Shown one piece after another: positions 59,185 to 64,000 of a stretch of 64,000 bases of DNA. A program made the translations under genes and the position numbers. The notes under the pieces are model-generated. The model was not told the origin of the DNA, did not search any database, and saw only the letters and a program-made list of their open reading frames with translations. The stretch spans positions 5,024,001 to 5,088,000 of the forward strand of contig OZ244042.1 of assembly GCA_965215015.1 (NCBI GenBank), in the 5' to 3' direction. Each line of letters opens with the position of its first letter. Position 1 is the stretch's first letter. Source of the DNA: Candidatus Poribacteria bacterium (GTDB lineage: Bacteria > Poribacteria > WGA-4E > PCPOR2b).

Positions 59185-61066
59185 CCGTTTTGCCTCCCCG
59201 CGCGATAAAGTTGATAATCTCCAAAAAACTGATAAAGTCGTCAAATTTCATCCGCTCATTAGCCAGCAGAACGGTTAAATCTTGAACATTTTTATCAATC
59301 CTCTGTTGAAGTTCTGTATCCGAACGAACTTTTTCACTCGTTGCATGTCGGATCAGGCGTGCAAGTTCAGACTCAATAATGCCCGGTAATTTAAGGCCGC
59401 CATCGCGATCGGTCAGACGCGTAAAGACATCGCGGAAAGTATACATGAATTTCTTGGAAACTTCACCTTTTTGGATAATTTCAACGAGGTTTTGACTCGC
59501 TTTAATCATATCAATATTTTCAGGGCCTTCAACCTCGTATTTCCATTTAAAAACTGTCTGCGAGATGTTACCAGAACGTTTCAACAACGCGATACCGAGG
59601 GCGTTTTTCCCTTCAACGGATTTCGCTTCCTGCTCCATAGTACGGGCTCGACTCAACACAGCACCAAGCGGCACTTTGCAATGGGCGATACAGACCCCTG
59701 CAGATGCTGTTGATGCCAAATTCTCATCGCGGCTTAAGTTTGGAAAATCCCATCGAAGCCGATCAAGGATTTTCAGCAAATCACTTAAGTTTGCCAAGGC
59801 GAGCACATCGTCGCCCCCAGCGTAGATGAGCTTTCCAAGGTAGTCTCTATCCACGATCCGCCGAACTTTTGTCGTATACTTATTCAGTTGCCTGCTAATC
59901 TCCGTATGTGCTTCCCAGCCCTTGGCCCGTGAAATGGTTTCTCCCATCCCGTCTCCGTCAAGGGCAATTACCGCAAAGTATCGGTTCGGATCGAAGCCAA
60001 TCTTATTAACTAAGCGTTGACGCAATTTCTCGCACCGCTTAATTGAAAAACGCTGCGCGTTTCTATCAATTCCGTAGTCACGTTCAAGATTTTGTGTCGA
60101 AAACGACTCTTCAAAAAGCCAGTCTCCATCAACATTCCAAGTTTTCTGGATCTTTTTGATCTTGAGTTTTGGCACCGGATCCACAAGCTGATTGTTATTA
60201 GTACCTCCAAGTGTGCTAACCGACTTAACAAACTTCTTGTATATCTCTATTGCATCGTCATCATCTGCAATCCGAAGTTTGAAGTCAGCAGTGGACACCT
60301 CCGATGTTGATTGAAAAGAGAGGGTTCCGATCTCCTCATATCTTTCACCAAAATACAATCCCGTGAGACGTTTGGTGAGACAAACCGTGCAAAGTGCCTC
60401 ACCCCGGCGGCAATATCTTGCACTACGCTGTGCAAACCGCTGCCACCATTCCATTGGATTGCTTTTGCCGTTATGAAATATCTCTCGTTCCCCGCAGAGC
60501 GAGCATTTCCGCCCACTTTCGGCAACCTGATGAAAGGCACGGCAGTTTTTGACGGATGCGAGCCGCGTTCCAGTTTGGGCATACCAATCCTTGTACTCCT
60601 CACCGCCCCTACTCGAAACTACCCAGTAGAGCTCCAAAAAATGCTTAGTCTGTTTTCTAAAAAGCTCAACCGCGTAAGTATCGTTCCACGTTTGATCATC
60701 AACCGTCTTAGCAAAGGTATCAACGGCATGTTTTGCCATCTTCTCAAATTCGCATTGGACAGCCGCTTCGACATGTTTCATTGTGTCGGTTAATTCGCGG
60801 ATTGACAACTCTTCACTCAGAGCGAGAAAGAGATTGGGAAACGATGGCAGCGTAATATCTCTGCCTTCCCAGAATTCAAAAGGTGAATCACTTTCAATTG
60901 AAGGATAGATGATTTTGACACCATCTTTAGGGTAAATCTGATTGATTGCAGTAGCATTGAGATATGATAGAATGTAGCTGCCGAGCCACAAATCTTCCGT
61001 TTTTCGTGCTGTCGTGATAAACTTCTGTACGGGCGTAATCGTGAATAAGATGAGATTTTCAGTCAT
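59159..61066 (-). CDS. cas10: Cas10/Cmr2, HD-less, with an intact palm cyclase motif
   Basis: PVQKFI..ARK..DLW.GSY, CSLCG / LCTVCL Zn motifs, LDGDGMG, YAGGDD; 635 aa. Confidence 0.95.
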   Translation of the reverse strand: MTENLILFTITPVQKFITTARKTEDLWLGSYILSYLNATAINQIYPKDGVKIIYPSIESDSPFEFWEGRDITLPSFPNLFLALSEELSIRELTDTMKHVEAAVQCEFEKMAKHAVDTFAKTVDDQTWNDTYAVELFRKQTKHFLELYWVVSSRGGEEYKDWYAQTGTRLASVKNCRAFHQVAESGRKCSLCGEREIFHNGKSNPMEWWQRFAQRSARYCRRGEALCTVCLTKRLTGLYFGERYEEIGTLSFQSTSEVSTADFKLRIADDDDAIEIYKKFVKSVSTLGGTNNNQLVDPVPKLKIKKIQKTWNVDGDWLFEESFSTQNLERDYGIDRNAQRFSIKRCEKLRQRLVNKIGFDPNRYFAVIALDGDGMGETISRAKGWEAHTEISRQLNKYTTKVRRIVDRDYLGKLIYAGGDDVLALANLSDLLKILDRLRWDFPNLSRDENLASTASAGVCIAHCKVPLGAVLSRARTMEQEAKSVEGKNALGIALLKRSGNISQTVFKWKYEVEGPENIDMIKASQNLVEIIQKGEVSKKFMYTFRDVFTRLTDRDGGLKLPGIIESELARLIRHATSEKVRSDTELQQRIDKNVQDLTVLLANERMKFDDFISFLEIINFIARGGKTDETVSETE

Positions 61067-61075
61067 TATGCATTC

Positions 61076-61885
61076 CTATGCCAAAATTGCATCAATGAAA
61101 TCCGCCTGTTTCTGCTCGTATGCAAAAACAGAGTTAAGTTGTGTGACAATCGGGGCAAATTTATCGGCGACTTTCTGGATACGAACATGAATCGGCGAAG
61201 CCATCCGAGGGTTGGCACTCCCCAAAGCATTATCCCTGTGATCATGTGTTGCCTGGCCAATCCTGCGGAGGAGCCTATTGACCTCCTCGCATGTATCACC
61301 CAAATAAATCGCTTGGATCGCCGGGTAGTCTGGAATCGGAGTTGTGGGAGCAACCTGAATCTTATTAGGATGTTTCTGGAATCGCCCCGGCAAGATCCCA
61401 TCAAGCGTTTGAAACACTTTGTCTTGGAGTTCCGCGACGGTATCAAAACTCCAATCTTGATAACGAATTGAGCCAAATCCGCGTCGCGAACGATTGCCAA
61501 CACCGCCGAGCAAGAAGCCAAGTTTGGCGATTTTTTCGTACTCGTTAAGTTCTGGGGCCGCGAGTATAAGGTTAAATCTGCCGTTAGGAAGATAAGCTTG
61601 GCTCTTAAAGCTACCAGATTTATGCGGGAGGGGAGCATATTCGCCACGCTGCAATGCAGCGAGACCAGAAATACGAACCGATAAAGGAGATCTGCCTTGC
61701 GTATTACCGAATAAGCGGCTTTCCCTTTCGCGCAAATTGTCCCCGTCTATTTCCCCCACCGTTCCCCGCCACCAGTAGCGAAATAGGGCTTTAAACGGCG
61801 GTGGTCGAAGTTCGGGCTTTTGGTTATCTGGCCCATGAAGAAACATCGGTGTCACGGTTTCAAGTTTCAATTGAACACTTTGCAT
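61076..61885 (-). CDS. cmr1: Type III-B RAMP Cmr1
   Basis: TVTPMFLHG, ELRPP.FK.LFRYWWR, LGGVGNRSRRGFG, RMASP. Confidence 0.92.
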   Translation of the reverse strand: MQSVQLKLETVTPMFLHGPDNQKPELRPPPFKALFRYWWRGTVGEIDGDNLRERESRLFGNTQGRSPLSVRISGLAALQRGEYAPLPHKSGSFKSQAYLPNGRFNLILAAPELNEYEKIAKLGFLLGGVGNRSRRGFGSIRYQDWSFDTVAELQDKVFQTLDGILPGRFQKHPNKIQVAPTTPIPDYPAIQAIYLGDTCEEVNRLLRRIGQATHDHRDNALGSANPRMASPIHVRIQKVADKFAPIVTQLNSVFAYEQKQADFIDAILA

Positions 61886-62052
61886 TGTGCTCTCCTTGAA
61901 CTGGACTTTAGTCATCCAAAGCAGTAAAATCCGTGAAATTACTTCAACACGTCTAAAATTTTGTTAAAAAAATTGCCATTGAAATACAGTTCACATATCA
62001 TCACACGGTTTAAGTTACATCTCCCGAACACTTTGCAATTTTCTAGAAATGT

Positions 62053-62081
62053 AGCATAATACATCCCTACTTTAATGTCAA
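62053..62081 (-). promoter_or_regulatory. Sigma70 promoter of the cmr operon
   Basis: TTGACA-17 bp-TATGCT upstream of cmr1. Confidence 0.6.
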
Positions 62082-62112
62082 CACTTTTTTCCGAGCGTAC
62101 GGAAATCCGAAC

Positions 62113-62138
62113 GGGCAATAAATTGCCCTACTACAAAC
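62113..62138 (-). repeat. GTAG-type REP-like palindrome (GTAGTAGGGCAATTTATTGCCC)
   Basis: Related copies near 23934 and 33917 (GTAG..GCAATTCATTGTGCG). Confidence 0.6.
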
Positions 62139-62154
62139 CAGGGGGTTTTCCGCT

Positions 62155-63915
62155 TCAGTCAAGCCAATGGTGCTCGCCCTGCACAAACGCATTGCTTTCC
62201 TGTTCTTCCGTTGGTCGGCGGTCGATGAGGGCAAAGCGTTTCACCGGGCGATCCAGTTTTTGGGCCTCTTCGACTAGGCGTTGCACAATCAACCCCATCA
62301 GTGTTGAGCCACCAGTCATGTTGGCTATTACCTGGTCGGCACACAATAGATAAACCCGAGCACGTTCCGCTACCGCATCGATCTCATCAAAACCGCCGAT
62401 CGGGTCTATCAATTCAACCTGTTCAATGCGCCCTTCAAAGCCCGCATGACTAGCAGCTTCAAGAATACCGCCTGCTGATGCTTCTGAACAAATCATCAAA
62501 CAGGTATCGGGTTGGGCGACCTTTATTGCCGAGAACAATACGCCCGGCCGCAGCCCTTGTGGTGAAAGCAGCAGGCGACCACCATTACCGCCCAATGGGG
62601 GCAGGTTAACGGAACCCTTTTTCAGTTCATTCCAAAAATTCCGAACCGCTTCAAGAGATTTGGGAGCCTCTTCAAACACCTCTTCACGCATTGCATGATG
62701 GTGAAGTGCATTGCGTAACTCGTTCGCCAGCTGATTCCAGAAGGTGCCGAATTTTTTCTGCTCCGATGTACTATCTCCGGTTTTGGCAAAGGCACCGAGA
62801 GCCCCAAGGCGGTGCTCATACTGCTGCCGTATTTCGCGGGTCAACCAAGCTCCAGTCTGCTCGTCGAGATTGTCTGACTTCCAAATTGCCCAAGAGACTA
62901 CCCACTCCCGCATTAGACCAGCTGCGAGTGAGAGTTGGCCGCGTTCTAGATACAAATCAATCATATCAGCCTGACGTTCCAACTCATTTTCATCCAAAAG
63001 GATGCTCTGTTTCCATTGCCTCCTCTCTGGAGTCTTTGCAAAGGCCGATTTCCTTGCCACACTGACGATAGTCTTGGTTAGTTCATCAACCAATGGTGGG
63101 AGGCCGGCAACATCCATGAGGGGCAGTTTCTCAATTGAATCAATAAGCTCCCTACTGGCTTTTTCTAATTCTAGGGGTAAGGCAGACTCGTAAGCAAATG
63201 CATACTTTTCAAGCCCAGCAACGGAATACCCGACTTGCTTAACTTGGTCTACCAGCTTTTGAGCTTCACTCTTTTTATTTTTCTTAAATAAATTCGCCTT
63301 TTCCTCATCTAGTCTATCTGCCAGCGGCTGGAGGAGGTCCGCCATGGGCTTGGTTGTTCCCTGATCTCGAAACATCCGTACCGCGTGGAACCATTCCGGC
63401 AATTCGAGTAATGGCTGCAGGTCAATTATGGGCTTCACGTCTTCTGGATCTTCAAACATACCGTAGTAGGCACCGCGAATCTTGACCCCGCGAAGCGATT
63501 TAAGGTAAAGCACCAAAGCATAGAAGATAAATGGAAAATGTCGTAGCCCATGGGTAACATCAAGCGTGAGTTCTGCGCCTTCTGGAATACGGTTGGCAAC
63601 AGATTCAAGAATCTGACTAATTTCTTCACGGTTGTTTCCGTTGGGGATATCAACCACTTCAGGGACAAAGCCTAGCGTCTCACAAATTCCCGTCTGAAAG
63701 ATTGGCCACGTCGTGTCCTTAGCTCCCTGCGTTATTACCACAACAACACGGTTAGGCAGCTGCTCTGGGGATAGAAGTTTCACCAAAGCTAATGGGGCAA
63801 GCTCTGCTTCATCTAGTTGCCCATTCATCTCGTATTTTGTTTTTTTTCTAGATGTCCCCAGACTAGTCAGCAAAATATGCGGCACATTTGAGGAGGGGTG
63901 AGTTGTTATCTCCAT
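62155..63915 (-). CDS. csx1: Csx1-like CARF-HEPN protein with an additional C-terminal CARF-like domain
   Basis: LLTSLG, LDVTHGLRHFP, LRNALHH HEPN motif, then LLLSPQGLRPGVL...IANMTGGSTLM. Confidence 0.82.
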   Translation of the reverse strand: MEITTHPSSNVPHILLTSLGTSRKKTKYEMNGQLDEAELAPLALVKLLSPEQLPNRVVVVITQGAKDTTWPIFQTGICETLGFVPEVVDIPNGNNREEISQILESVANRIPEGAELTLDVTHGLRHFPFIFYALVLYLKSLRGVKIRGAYYGMFEDPEDVKPIIDLQPLLELPEWFHAVRMFRDQGTTKPMADLLQPLADRLDEEKANLFKKNKKSEAQKLVDQVKQVGYSVAGLEKYAFAYESALPLELEKASRELIDSIEKLPLMDVAGLPPLVDELTKTIVSVARKSAFAKTPERRQWKQSILLDENELERQADMIDLYLERGQLSLAAGLMREWVVSWAIWKSDNLDEQTGAWLTREIRQQYEHRLGALGAFAKTGDSTSEQKKFGTFWNQLANELRNALHHHAMREEVFEEAPKSLEAVRNFWNELKKGSVNLPPLGGNGGRLLLSPQGLRPGVLFSAIKVAQPDTCLMICSEASAGGILEAASHAGFEGRIEQVELIDPIGGFDEIDAVAERARVYLLCADQVIANMTGGSTLMGLIVQRLVEEAQKLDRPVKRFALIDRRPTEEQESNAFVQGEHHWLD

Positions 63916-64000
63916 AAGGATTGGCTCCAATTTTATTTTTACGCTTAAATTGAATGGGTCTGCGAATGAGATACAATCCTTACGTCATTCCCATAATTGT

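Noticed and set aside
61960-61990. ATTGAAA(T) resembling a CRISPR repeat 3' end upstream of cmr1
   Set aside because: Single occurrence in AT-rich DNA with no second repeat.

Overview
Bacterial genomic window whose gene repertoire points to Candidatus Poribacteria or a close relative (inferred from a cytochrome c/LRR/cohesin/dockerin/FlgD-Ig protein, BMC genes, several PQQ-like propellers, PhyH, CRTAC1 and dense small repeats). Bases 1-24 kb hold the end of polX, a GYF-rhomboid-TPR protease, an NtrC-type regulator, a large outer-membrane lipoprotein operon with exbB-exbD-exbD and no tonB, a three-gene BMC satellite (shell, PduL, flavoprotein), a 3x244-bp tandem repeat and a split peptide ABC transporter flanked by MITEs. 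Bases 24.5-42.2 kb form an all-plus-strand cluster: three PQQ-like beta-propellers, a GriC/EhpF-like adenylating enzyme, a GriD/EhpG-like reductase, Fe-ADH and a HemN-like radical SAM enzyme. It is interrupted by an ATPase + DUF4276 pair and a decayed AvaI/BsoBI-like RM system. Bases 48-64 kb are a defence island: an IS4 remnant, DUF488-DUF488-(dual-OB/RecQ fusion), and a type III-B cmr1-6 operon with three CARF effectors. No CRISPR array lies in the window. The top candidate for novelty is Cmr6, which carries a ~190-aa C-terminal extension resembling the wHTH + RelE half of Cami1 (APE2256 family), suggesting a ribosome-tethered type III complex. All family assignments come from motif recognition, not from database searches.
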